Below, piece by piece: positions 11,546-25,151 of a DNA stretch of 64,000 bases (position 1 is its first letter; each line of letters begins with the position of its first letter). Both the position numbers and the translations under genes were made by a program. The DNA is taken from the NCBI RefSeq assembly GCF_009914755.1, contig NC_060942.1. One strand, 5' to 3'. The DNA comes from the human T2T-CHM13v2.0 reference genome, Homo sapiens. Below the pieces are notes generated by a model. The model ran no database searches, had not been told where the DNA came from, and saw nothing but the letters and a program-made list of their open reading frames with translations.

Positions 11546-14500
11546 GAATTCATACAAATTGCAGACTGCAGCGTTCTGAGAATCATCTTTGTGATGTTTG
11601 TATTCAGGACACAGAGATGAACATTCCCTATCATAGAGCAGGTTGGAATCACTCCTTTTGTAGTATCTGGAAGTGGACATTTGGAGCGCTTTCAGGCCTA
11701 TGTTGAAAAAGGAAATATCTTCCCATAACAACTAGACACAAGCATTCTCAGAAACTTGTTTGTGATGTGTGCCCTCTACTGACAGAGTTGAACCTTTCTT
11801 TTCATAGAGCAGTTTTGAAACACTCTTTTTGTAGAATCTGCAAGAGGATATTTGCATAGCTTTGAGGATTTCGTGGGAAACGGGATTGTCTTCAGGTAAA
11901 ATCTAGACAGAAGCATTCTCAGAAACTTCTTTGGGATGTTTGCATTCAAGTCACATAGTAGAACATTCCCTTTGGTAGAGCAGGTTTGAAACCCTCTTTT
12001 TGTAGTATCTGGAAGTGGACATTTGGAGCGCTTTCAGGCCCATGTTGGAAAGGGAAATATCTTCCCGTAACAACTAGGCAGAAGCATTCTCAGAAACTTA
12101 TTTGAGATGTGTGTACTCAACTAAGAGAATTGAACCACCGTTTTGAAGGAGCAGTTTTGAAACACTCTTTTTCTGGAATCTGCAAGAGTATATTTGCCTA
12201 GCCTTGAGAATTTCGTTGGAAACGGGATTGTCTTCAGATAAAATCTAGACAGAAGCATTCTCAGAAACTTCTTTGGGATGTTTGCATTCAAGTCACAGAG
12301 TAGAACATTCCCTTTGGTAGAGCAGGTTTGAAACACTCTTTTTTTAGTATATGGAAGTGGACATTTGGAGCGCTTTCAGGCCTACGTTGGAAAAGGAAAT
12401 ATCTTCCCATAACAACTAGACAGAAGCATTCTCAGAAACTAGTTTCTGATGTGTGTCCTCAACTAACACAGTTGAACTTTTCTTTAGACAGAACAGTTTT
12501 GAAACACTCTTTTTGTGGAATCTGCAAGTGGATATTTGGCTAGATTTGAGGATTTCGTTGGAAACGGGATTACATATAAAAAGCAGACAGCAGCATTCTC
12601 AGAAAGTTCTTTGTGATGATTGCATTCAAATCACAGAATTGAACATTCCCTTTCACAGAGCAGGTTTGAAACCCTCTTTTTGTAGTGTGTGTAAGTGGAC
12701 ATTTGGAGCGCTTTCCGGCCTAAGGTGAAAAACGAAATATCTTCCCATAAAAAGTAGACAGAAGCATTCTCAGAAACTTACTCGTGATGTGTGTCCTCAA
12801 CTAAAGGAGTAGAACATTTCTATTCATAGAGAAGTTTTGAAACGCTCTTTTTGTGGAATCTCCAAGTGGATATTTGGCTAGTTTTGAGGATTTCGTTGGA
12901 AGCGGGAATTCATACAAATTGCAGACTGCAGCGTTCTGAGAATCATCTTTGTGATGTTTGTATTCAGGACACAGAGATGAACATTCCCTATCATAGAGCA
13001 GGTTGGAATCACTCCTTTTGTAGTATCTGGAAGTGGACATTTGGAGCGCTTTCAGGCCTATGTTGAAAAAGGAAATATCTTCCCATAACAACTAGACACA
13101 AGCATTCTCAGAAACTTGTTTGTGATGTGTGCCCTCTACTGACAGAGTTGAACCTTTCTTTTCATAGAGCAGTTTTGAAACACTCTTTTTGTAGAATCTG
13201 CAAGAGGATATTTGCATAGCTTTGAGGATTTCGTGGGAAACGGGATTGTCTTCAGGTAAAATCTAGACAGAAGCATTCTCAGAAACTTTTTTGGGATGTT
13301 TGCATTCAAGTCACAGAGTAGAACATTCCCTTTGGTAGAGCAGGTTTGAAACACTCTTTTTGTAGTATCTGGAAGTGGACATTTGGAGCACTATCAGGCC
13401 CATGTTGGAAAGGGAAATATCTTCCCGTAACAACTAGGCAGAAGCATTCTCTGAAACTTTTTTGAGATGTGTGTACTCAACTAAGAGAATTGAACCACCG
13501 TTTTGAAGGAGCAGTTTTGAAACACTCTTTTTCTGGAATCTGCTAGAGGATATTTGCCTAGCCTTGAGGATTTCGTTGGAAACGGGATTGTCTTCAGATA
13601 AAATCTAGACAGAAGCATTCTCAGAAACTTCTTTGGGATGTTTGTATTCAAGTCACAGAGTAGAACATTCCCTTTGGTAGAGCAGGTTTGAAACACTCTT
13701 TTTTTAGCATATGGAAATGGACATTTGGAGCGCTTTCAGGCCTACGTTGGAAAAGGAAATATCTTCCCATAACAACTAGACAGAAGTATTCTCAGAAACT
13801 AGTTTCTGATGTGTGTCCTCAACTAACACATTTGAACTTTTCTTTAGACAGAACAGTTTTCAAACACTCTTTTTGTGGAATCTGCAAGTGGATATTTGGC
13901 TATATTTGAGGATTTCGGTGGAAACGGGATTACATATAAAAAGCAGACAGCAGCATTCTCAGAAAGTTCTTTGTGATGATTGCATTCAAGTCACAGAATT
14001 GAACATTCCCTTTCACAGAGCAGGTTTGAAACACTCTTTTTGTAGTGTGGGTAAGTGGACATTTGGAGCACTTTCCGGCCTAAGGTGAAAAAGGAAATAT
14101 CTTCCCATAAAAACTAGACAGAAGCATTCTCAGAAACTTACTCGTGATGTGTGTCCTCAACTAAAGGAGTAGAACCTTTCTATTCATAGAGAAGGTTTGA
14201 AACGCTCTTTTTGTGGAATCTCCAAGTGGATATTTGGCTAGTTTTGAGGATTTCGTTGGATGCGGGAATTCATACAAATTGCAGACTGCAGCGTTCTGAG
14301 AAACATCTTTGTGATGTTTGTATTCAGGACACAGAGATGAACATTCCCTATCATAGAGCAGGTTGGAATCACTCCTTTCGTAGTATCTGGAAGTGGACAT
14401 TTGGAGCGCTTTCAGGCCTATGTTGAAAAAGGAAATATCTTCCCATAACAACTAGACACAAGCATTCTCAGAAACTTGTTTGTGATGTGTGCCCTCTGCT

Positions 14501-15625
14501 GACAGAGTTGAACCTTTCTTTTCATAGAGCAGTTTTGAAACACTCTTTTTGTAGAATCTGCAAGAGGATATTTGCATAGCTTTGAGGATTTCGTGGGAAA
14601 CGGGATTGTCTTCAGGTAAAATCTAGACAGAAGCATTCTCAGAAACTTCTTTGGGATGTTTGCATTCAAGTCACAGAGTAGAACATTCCCTTTGGTAGAG
14701 CAGGTTTGAAACCCTCTTTTTGTAGTATCTGGAAGTGGACATTTGGAGCGCTTTCAGGCCCATGTTGGAAAGGGAAATATCTTCCCGTAACAACTAGGCA
14801 GAAGCATTCTCAGAAACTTATTTGAGATGTGTGTACTCAACTAAGAGAATTGAACCACCGTTTTGAAGGAGCAGATTTGAAACACTCTTTTTCTGGAATC
14901 TGCAAGAGTATATTTGCCTAGCCTTGAAGATTTCGTTGGAAACGGGATTGTCTTCAGATAAAATCTAGACAGAAGCATTCTCAGAAACTTCTTTGGGATG
15001 TTTGCATTCAAGTCACAGAGTAGAACATTCCCTTTGGTAGAGCAGGTTTGAAACACTCTTTTTTTAGTATATGGAAGTGGACATTTGGAGCGCTTTCAGG
15101 CCTACGTTGGAAAAGGAAATATCTTCCCATAACAACTAGACAGAAGCATTCTCAGAAACTAGTTTCTGATGTGTGTCCTCAACTAACACAGTTGAACTTT
15201 TCTTTAGACAGAACAGTTTTGAAACACTCTTTTTGTGGAATCTGCAAGTGGATATTTGGCTAGATTTGAGGATTTCGTTGGAAACGGGATTACATATAAA
15301 AAGCAGTCAGCAGCATTCTCAGAAAGTTCTTTTTGATGATTGCATTCAAGTCACAGAATTGAACATTCCCTTTCACAGAGCAGGTTTGAAACACTCTTTT
15401 TGTAGTGTGTGTAAGTGGACATTTGGAGCGCTTTCCGGCCTAAGGTGAAAAAGGAAATATCTTCCCATAAAAACTAGACAGAAGCATTCTCAGAAACTTA
15501 CTCGTGATGTGTGTCCTCAACTAAAGGAGTAGAACCTTTCTATTCATAGAGAAGTTTTGAAACGCTCTTTTTGTGGAATCTCCAAGTGGATATTTGGCTA
15601 GTTTTGAGGATTTCGTTGGAAGCGG

Positions 15626-17327
15626 GAATTCATACAAATTGCAGACTGCAGCGTTCTGAGAAACATCTTTGTGATGTTTGTATTCAGGACACAGAGATGA
15701 ACATTCCCTATCATAGAGCAGGTTGGAATCACTCCTTTTGTAGTATCTGGAAGTGGACATTTGGAGCGCTTTCAGGCCTATGTTGAAAAAGGAAATATCT
15801 TCCCATAACAGCTAGACACAAGCATTCTCAGAAACTTGTTTGTGATGTGTGCCCTCTACTGACAGAGTTGAACCTTTCTTTTCATAGAGCAGTTTTGAAA
15901 CACTCTTTTTGTAGAATCTGCAAGAGGATATTTGCATAGCTTTGAGGATTTCGTGGGAAACGGGATTGTCTTCAGGTAAAATCTAGACAGAAGCATTCTC
16001 AGAAACTTCTTTGGGATGTTTGCATTCAAGTCACAGAGTAGAACATTCCCTTTGGTAGAGCAGGTTTGAAACACTCTTTTTGTAGTATCTGGAAGTGGAC
16101 ATTTGGAGCGCTTTCAGGCCCATGTTGGAAAGGGAAATATCTTCCCGTAACAACTAGGCAGAAGCATTCTCAGAAACTTATTTGAGATGTGTGTACTCAA
16201 CTAAGAGAATTGAACCACCGTTTTGAAGGAGCAGTTTTGAAACACTCTTTTTCTGGAATCTGCAAGAGTATATTTGCCTAGCCTTGAGAATTTCGTTGGA
16301 AACGGGATTGTCTTCAGGTAAAATCTAGACAGAAGCATTCTCAGAAACTTCTTTGGGATGTTTGCATTCAAGTCACAGAGTAGAACATTCCCTTTGGTAG
16401 AGCAGGTTTGAAACACTCTTTTTGTAGTATCTGGAAGTGGACATTTGGAGCACTTTCAGGCCCATGTTGGAAAGGGAAATATCTTCCCGTAACAACTAGG
16501 CAGAAGCATTCTCTGAAACTTTTTTGAGATGTGTGTACGCAACTAAGAGAATTGAACCACCGTTTTGAAGGAGCAGTTTTGAAACACTCTTTTTCTGGAA
16601 TCTGCTAGACGATATTTGCCTAGCCTTGAGGATTTCGTTGGAAACGGGATTGTCTTCAGATAAAATCTAGACAGAAGCATTCTCAGAAACTTCTTTGGGA
16701 TGTTTGTATTCAAGTCACAGAGTAGAACATTCCCTTTGGTAGAGCAGGTTTGAAACACTCTTTTTTTAGTATATGGAAATGGACATTTGGAGCGCTTTCA
16801 GGCCTACGTTGGAAAAGGAAATATCTTCCCATAACAACTAGACAGAAGCATTCTCAGAAACTTGTTTCTGATGTGTGTCCTCAACTAACACAGTTGAACT
16901 TTTCTTTAGACAGAACAGTTTTGAAACACTCTTTTTGTGGAATCTGCAAGTGGATATTTGGCTAGATTTGAGGATTTCGTTGGAAACGGGATTACATATA
17001 AAAAGCAGACAGCAGCATTCTCAGAAAGTTCTTTGTGATGATTGCATTCAAGTCACAGAATTGAACATTCCCTTTCACAGAGCAGGTTTGAAACACTCTT
17101 TTTGTAGTGTGTGTAAGTGGACATTTGGAGCACTTTCCGGCCTAAGGTGAAAAAGGAAATATCTTCCCATAAAAACTAGACAGAAGCATTCTCAGAAACT
17201 TACTCGTGATGTGTGTCCTCAACTAAAGGAGTAGAACCTTTCTATTCATAGAGAAGGTTTGAAACGCTCTTTTTGTGGAATCTCCAAGTGGATATTTGGC
17301 TAGTTTTGAGGATTTCGTTGGATGCGG
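15626..17327 (+). repeat. Variant 10-mer HOR (1702 bp)
   Basis: The dimer is present twice (ORF repeats at 16201 and 16543, offset 342). Confidence 0.87.
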
Positions 17328-20047
17328 GAATTCATACAAATTGCAGACTGCAGCGTTCTGAGAAACATCTTTGTGATGTTTGTATTCAGGACACAGAGAT
17401 GAACATTACCTATCATAGAGCAGGTTGGAATCACTCCTTTTGTAGTATCTGGAAGTGGACATTTGGAGCGCTTTCAGGCCTATGTTGAAAAAGGAAATAT
17501 CTTCCCATAACAACTAGACACAAGCATTCTCAGAAACTTGTTTGTGATGTGTGCCCTCTGCTGACAGAGTTGAACCTTTCTTTTCATAGAGCAGTTTTGA
17601 AACACTCTTTTTGTAGAATCTGCAAGAGGATATTTGCATAGCTTTGAGGATTTCGTGGGAAACGGGATTGTCTTCAGGTAAAATCTAGACAGAAGCATTC
17701 TCAGAAACTTCTTTGGGATGTTTGCATTCAAGTCACAGAGTAGAACACTCCCTTTGGTAGAGCAGGTTTGAAACCCTCTTTTTGTAGTATCTGGAAGTGG
17801 ACATTTGGAGCGCTTTCAGGCCCATGTTGGAAAGGGAAATATCTTCCCGTAACAACTAGGCAGAAGCATTCTCAGAAACTTATTTGAGATGTGTGTACTC
17901 AACTAAGAGAATTGAACCACCGTTTTGAAGGAGCAGTTTTGAAACACTCTTTTTCTGGAATCTGCAAGAGTATATTTGCCTAGCCTTGAAGATTTCGTTG
18001 GAAACGGGATTGTCTTCAGATAAAATCTAGACAGAAGCATTCTCAGAAACTTCTTTGGGATGTTTGCATTCAAGTCACAGAGTAGAACATTCCCTTTGGT
18101 AGAGCAGGTTTGAAACACTCTTTTTTTAGTATATGGAAGTGGACATTTGGAGCGCTTTCAGGCCTACGTTGGAAAAGGAAATATCTTCCCATAACAACTA
18201 GACAGAAGCATTCTCAGAAACTAGTTTCTGATGTGTGTCCTCAACTAACACAGTTGAACTTTTCTTTAGACAGAACAGTTTTGAAACACTCTTTTTGTGG
18301 AATCTGCAAGTGGATATTTGGCTAGATTTGAGGATTTCGTTGGAAACGGGATTACATATAAAAAGCAGACAGCAGCATTCTCAGAAAGTTCTTTGTGATG
18401 ATTGCATACAAGTCACAGAATTGAACATTCCCTTTCACAGAGCAGGTTTGAAACACTCTTTTTGTAGTGTGTGTAAGTGGACATTTGGAGCGCTTTCCGG
18501 CCTAAGGTGAAAAAGGAAATATCTTCCCATAAAAACTAGACAGAAGCATTCTCAGAAACTTACTCGTGATGTGTGTCCTCAACTAAAGGAGTAGAACCTT
18601 TGTATTCATAGAGAAGTTTTGAAACGCTCTTTTTGTGGAATCTCCAAGTGGATATTTGGCTAGTTTTGAGGATTTCGTTGGAAGCGGGAATTCATACAAA
18701 TTGCAGACTGCAGCGTTCTGAGAAACATCTTTGTGATGTTTGTATTCAGGACACAGAGATGAACATTCCCTATCATAGAGCAGGTTGGAATCACTCCTTT
18801 TGTAGTATCTGGAAGTGGACATTTGGAGCGCTTTCAGGCCTATGTTGAAAAAGGAAATATCTTCCCATAACAACTAGACACAAGCATTCTCAGAAACTTG
18901 TTTGTGATGTGTGCCCTCTACTGACAGAGTTGAACCTTTCTTTTCATAGAGCAGTTTTGAAACACTCTTTTTGTAGAATCTGCAAGAGGATATTTGCATA
19001 GCTTTGAGGATTTCGTGGGAAACGGGATTGTCTTCAGGTAAAATCTAGACAGAAGCATTCTCAGAAACTTCTTTGGGATGTTTGCATTCAAGTCACAGAG
19101 TAGAACATTCCCTTTGGTAGAGCAGGTTTGAAACCCTCTTTTTGTAGTATCTGGAAGTGGACATTTGGAGCGCTATCAGGTCCATGTTGGAAAGGGAAAT
19201 ATCTTCCCGTAACAACTAGGCAGAAGCATTCTCAGAAACTTATTTGAGATGTGTGTACTCAACTAAGAGAATTGAACCACCGTTTTGAAGGAGCAGTTTT
19301 GAAACACTCTTTTTCTGGAATCTGCAAGAGTATATTTGCCTAGCCTTGAGGATTTCGTTGGAAACGGGATTGTCTTCAGATAAAATCTAGACAGAAGCAT
19401 TCTCAGAAACTTCTTTGGGATGTTTGCATTCAAGTCACAGAGTAGAACATTCCCTTTGGTAGAGGAGGTTTGAAACACTCTTTTTTTCGTATATGGAAGT
19501 GGACATTTGGAGCGCTTTCAGGCCTACGTTGGAAAAGGAAATATCTTCCCATAACAACTAGACAGAAGCATTCTCAGAAACTAGTTTCTGATGTGTGTCC
19601 TCAACTAACACAGTTGAACTTTTCTTTAGACAGAACAGTTTTGAAACACTCTTTTTGTGGAATCTGCAAGTGGATATTTGGCTAGATTTGAGGATTTCGT
19701 TGGAAACGGGATTACATATAAAAAGCAGACTGCAGCATTCTCAGAAAGTTCTTTGTGATGATTGCATTCAAGTCACAGAATTGAACATTCCCTTTCACAG
19801 AGCAGGTTTGAAACACTCTTTTTGTAGTGTGTGTAAGTGGACATTTGGAGCGCTTTCCGGCCTAAGGTGAAAAAGGAAATATCTTCCCATAAAAACTGGA
19901 CAGAAACATTCTCAGAAACTTGTTTATGCTGTATCTACTCAACTAACAAAGTTGAACCTTTCTTTTGATAGAGCAGTTTTGAAATGCTCTTTTTGTGGAA
20001 TCTGCAAGTGGATATTTGGCTAGTTTTGAGGATTTCGTTGGAAGCGG

Positions 20048-21748
20048 GAATTCATACAAATTGCAGACTGCAGCGTTCTGAGAAACATCTTTGTGATGTT
20101 TGTATTCAGGACACAGAGATGAACATTCCCTATCATAGAGCAGGTTGGAATCACTCCTTTTGTAGTATCTGGAAGTGGACATTTGGAGCGCTTTCAGGCC
20201 TATGTTGAAAAAGGAAATATCTTCCCATAACAACTAGACACAAGCATTCTCAGAAACTTGTTTGTGATGTGTGCCCTCTACTGACAGAGTTGAACCTTTC
20301 TTTTCATAGAGCAGTTTTGAAACACTCTTTTTGTAGAATCTGCAAGAGGATATTTGCATAGCTTTGAGGATTTCGTGGGAAACGGGATTGTCTTCAGGTA
20401 AAATCTAGACAGAAGCATTCTCAGAAACTTCTTTGGGATGTTTGCATTCAAGTCACAGAGTAGAACATTCCCTTTGGTAGAGAAGGTTTGAAACACTCTT
20501 TTTGTAGTATCTGGAAGTGGACATTTGGAGCGCTTTCAGGCCTATGTTGGAAAGGGAAATATCTTCCCGTAACAACTAGGCAGAAGCATTCTCAGAAACT
20601 TATTTGAGATGTGTGTACTCAACTAAGAGAATTGAACCACCGTTTTGAAGGAGCAGTTTTGAAACACTCTTTTTCTGGAATCTGCTAGAGTATATTTGCC
20701 TAGCTTTGAGGATTTCGTTGGAAACGGGATTGTCTTCAGCTAAAATCTAGACAGAAGCATTCTCAGAAACTTCTTTGGGATGTTTCTATTCAAGTCACAG
20801 AGTAGAACATTCCCTTTGGTAGAGCAGGTTTGAAACACTCTTTTTGTAGTATCTGGAAGTGGACATTTGGAGCGCTTTCAGGCCTATGTTGGAAAGGGAA
20901 ATATCTTCCCGTAACAACTAGGCAGAAGCATTCTCAGAAACTTATTTGAGATGGGTGTACTCAACTAAGAGAATTGAACCACCCTTTTCAAGGAGCAGTT
21001 TTGAAACACTCTTTTTCTGGAATCTGCAAGAGTATATTTGCCTAGCTTTGAGGATTTCGTGGGAAACGGGATTGTCTTCAGATAAAATCTAGACAGAAGC
21101 ATTCTCAGAAACTTCTTTGGGTGTTTGCATTCAATTCATAGAGTAGAACATTCCCTTTGTTAGAGCAGGTTTGAAACACTCTTTTTTTAGTATATGGAAG
21201 TGGACATTTGGAGCGCTTTCAGGCCTACGTTGGAAAAGGAAATATCTTCCCATAACAACTAGACAGAAGCATTCTCAGAAACTAGTTTCTGATGTGTGTC
21301 CTCAACTAACACAGTTGAACATTTCTTTAGACAGAACAGTTTTGAAACACTCTTTTTGTGGAATCTGCAAGTGGCTATTTGGCTAGATTTGAGGATTTCT
21401 TTGGAAACGGGATTACATATAAAAAGCTGACAGCAGCATTCTCAGAAAGTTCTTTGTGATGATTGCATTCAAGTCACAGAATTGAACATTCCCTTTCACA
21501 GAGCAGGTTTGAAACACTCTTTTTGTAGTGTGTGTAAGTGGACATTTGGAGCACTTTCCGGCCTAAGGTGAAAAAGGACATATCTTCCCATAAAAACTAG
21601 ACAGAAGCATTCTCAGAATCTTACTCGTGATGTGTGTCCTCAACTAAAGGAGTAGAACCTTTCTTTTCATAGAGAAGTTTTGAAACGCTCTTTTTGTGGA
21701 ATCTGCAAGTGGGTATTTGGCTAGTTTTGAGGATTTCGTTGGAAGCGG
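20048..21748 (+). repeat. Variant 10-mer HOR (1701 bp)
   Basis: The dimer is present twice (~20410-21090), with a 1-bp deletion near 21121. Confidence 0.85.
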
Positions 21749-23109
21749 GAATTCATACAAATTGCAGACTGCAGCGTTCTGAGAAACATCTTTGTGATGT
21801 TTGTATTCAGGACACAGAGTTGAACATTCCCTATCATAGAGCAGGTTGGAATCACTCCTTTTGTAGTATCTGGAAGTGGACATTTGGAGCGCTTTCAGGC
21901 CTATGTTGAAAAAGGAAATATCTTCCCATAACAACTAGACACAAGCATTCTCAGAAACTTGTTTGTGATGTGTGCCCTCTACTGACAGAGTTGAACCTTT
22001 CTTTTCATAGAGCAGTTTTGAAACACTCTTTTTGTAGAATCTGCAAGAGGATATTTGCATAGATTTGAGGATTTCGTGCGAAACGGGATTGTCATCAGGT
22101 AAAATCTAGACAGAAGCATTCTCAGAAACTTCTTTGTTATGTTTGCATTCAAGTCACAGAGTAGAACATTCCCTTTGGTAGAGCAGGTTTGAAACCCTCT
22201 TTTTGTAGTATCTGGAAGTGGACATTTGGAGCGCATTCAGGCCCATGTTGGAAAGGGAAATATCTTCCCGTAACAACTATGCAAAAGCATTCTCAGAAAC
22301 TTATTTGAGATGTGTGTACTCAACTAAGAGAATTGAACCACCGTTTTGAAGGAGCAGTTTTGAAACACTCTTTTTCTGGAATCTGCAAGAGTATATTTGC
22401 CTAGCCTTGAGGATTTCGTTGGAAACCGGATTGTCTTCAGATAAAATCTAGACAAATGCATTCTCAGAAACTTCTTTGGGATGTTTGCATTCAAGTCACA
22501 GAGTAGAACATTCCCTTTGGTACAGCAGGTTTGAAACACTCTTTTTTTCGTATATGGAAGTGGACATTTGGAGCGCTTTCAGGCCTACGTTGGAAAAGGA
22601 AATATCTTCCCATAACAACTAGACAGAAGCATTCTCAGAAACTAGTTTCTGATGTGTGTCCTCAACTAACACAGTTGTACATTTCTTTAGACAGAACAGT
22701 TTTGATACACTCGTTTTGTGGAACCTTCAAGTGGATATTTTGGCTAGATTTGAGGATTTCGTTGGAAACGGGATTACATATAAAAAGCAGTCAGCAGCAT
22801 TCTCAGAAAGTTCTTTGTGATGATTGCATTCAAGTCACAGAATTGAACATTCCCTTTCACAGAGCAGGTTTGAAACCCTCTTTTTGTAGTGTGTGTAAGT
22901 GGACATTTGGAGCGCTTTCTGGCCTAAGGTGAAAAAGGAAATATCTTCCCATAAAAACTAGACAGAAGCATTCTCAGAAACTTACTCGTGATGTGTGTCC
23001 TCAACTAAAGGAGCAGAACCTTTCTTTTCATAGAGAAGTTTTGAAACGCTCTTTTTGTGGAATCTGCAAGTGGATATTTGCCTAGTTTTGAGGATTTCGT
23101 TGGAAGCGG

Positions 23110-25151
23110 GAATTCATACAAATTGCAGACTGCAGCGTTCTGAGAAACATATTTGTGATGTTTGTATTCAGGACACAGAGATGAACATTCCCTATCATAG
23201 AGCAGGGTGGAATCACTCCTTTTGTAGTATCTGGAAGTGGACATTTGGAGCGCTTTCAGGCCTATGTTGAAAAAGGAAATATCTTCCCATAACAACTAGA
23301 CACAAGCATTCTCAGAAACTTGTTTGTGATGTGTGCCCTCTACTGACAGAGTTGAACCTTTCTTTTCATAGAGCAGTTTTGAAACACTCTTTTTGTAGAA
23401 TCTGCAAGAGGATATTTGCATAGCTTTGAGGATTTCGTGGGAAACGGGATTGCCTTCAGGTAAAATCTAGACAGAAGCATTCTCAGAAACTTCTCTGGGA
23501 TGTTTGCATTCAAGTCACACAGTAGAACATTCCCTTTGGTAGAGCAGGTTTGAAACACTCTTTTTGTAGTATCTGGAAGTGGACATTTGGAGCGCTTTCA
23601 GGCCCATGTTGGAAAGGGAAATATCTTCCCGTAACAACTAGGCAGAAGCATTCTCAGAAACATATTTGAGATGTGTGTACTCAACTAAGAGAATTGAACC
23701 ACCGTTTTGAAGGAGCAGTTTTGAAACACCCTTTTTCTGGAATCTGCAAGAGTATATTTGCCTAGCCTTGAGGATTTCGTTGGAAACGGGATTGTCTTCA
23801 GATCAAATCTAGACAGAAGCATTCTCAGAAACTTCTTTGGGATGTTTGCATTCAATTCACAGAGTAGAACATTCCCTTTGGTAGAGCAGGTTTGAAACAC
23901 TCTTTTTGTAGTATCTGGAAGTGGACATTTGGAGCGCTTTCAGGCCTATGTTGGAAAGGGAAATATCTTCCCTTAACAACTAGGCAGAAGCATTCTCAGA
24001 AACTTATTTGAGATGTGTGTACTCAACTAAGAGAATTGAACCACCGCTTTGAAGGACCAGTTTTGAAACACTCTTTTTCTGGAATCTGCTAGAGGATATT
24101 TGCCAGCTTTGAGGATTTCGTTGGAAACGGGATTGTCTTCAGATCAAATCTAGACAGAAGCATTCTCAGAAACTTCTTTGGGATGTTTGCATTCAAGTCA
24201 CAGAGTAGAACATTCCCTTTGGTACAGCAGGTTTGAAACACTCTTTTTGTAGTATCTGGAAGTGGACATTTGGAGCGCTATCAGGCCTATGTTGGAAAGG
24301 GAAATATCTTCCCGTAACAACTAGGCAGAAGCCTTCTCAGAAACTTTTTGAGATGTGTGTACTCAACTAAGAGAATTGAACCACCCTTTTGAAGGAGCAG
24401 TTTTGAAACACTCTTTTTCTGGAATCTGAAAGCGTATATTTGCCTAGCTTTGAGGATTTCGTTGGAAACGGGATTGTCTTCAGATCAAATCTAGACAGAA
24501 GCATTCTCAGAAACTTCTTTGGGATGTTTGAATTCAAGTCACAGAGTAGAACATTCCCTTTGGTAGAGCAGGTTTGAAACACTCTTTTTTTAGTATATGG
24601 AAGTGGACATTTGGAGCGCTTTCAGGCCTACGTTGGAAAAGGAAATATCTTCCCATAACAACTAGACAGAAGCATTCTCAGAAACTTATTTGAGATGTGT
24701 GTACTCAACTAAGAGAATTGAACCACCGTTTTGAAGGAGCAGTTTTGAAACACTCTTTTTCTGGAATCTGCAAGTGGATATTTAGCTAGATTTGAGGATT
24801 TCGTTGGAAACGGGATTACATATACAAAGCAGACAGCAGCAGTCTCAGAAAGTTCTTTGTGATGATTGCATTCAAGTCACAGAATTGAACATTCCCTTTC
24901 ACAGAGCAGGTTTGAAACACTCTTTTTGTAGTGTGTGTAAGTGGACATTTGGAGCACTTTCCGGCCTAAGGTGAAAAAGGAAATATCTTCCCATAAAAAC
25001 TAGACAGAAGCATTCTCAGAAACTTACTCGTGATGTGTGTCCTCAACTAAAGGTGTAGAACCTTTCTTTTCTTAGAGATGTTTTGAAACGCTCTTTTTGT
25101 GGAATCTGCAAGTGGATATTTGGCTAGTTTTGAGGATTTCGTTGGAAGCGG
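23110..25151 (+). repeat. Variant HOR: 8-mer plus two extra dimers with a hybrid monomer (2042 bp)
   Basis: Three dimers at ~23470-24495 and a hybrid monomer at ~24665-24835. A private extra GAATTC lies at 24530. Confidence 0.82.

Noticed and set aside
24530-24535. Extra EcoRI sites (24530 and 44855) as HOR boundaries
   Set aside because: They are single C>A substitutions (GCATTC>GAATTC), not structural changes.
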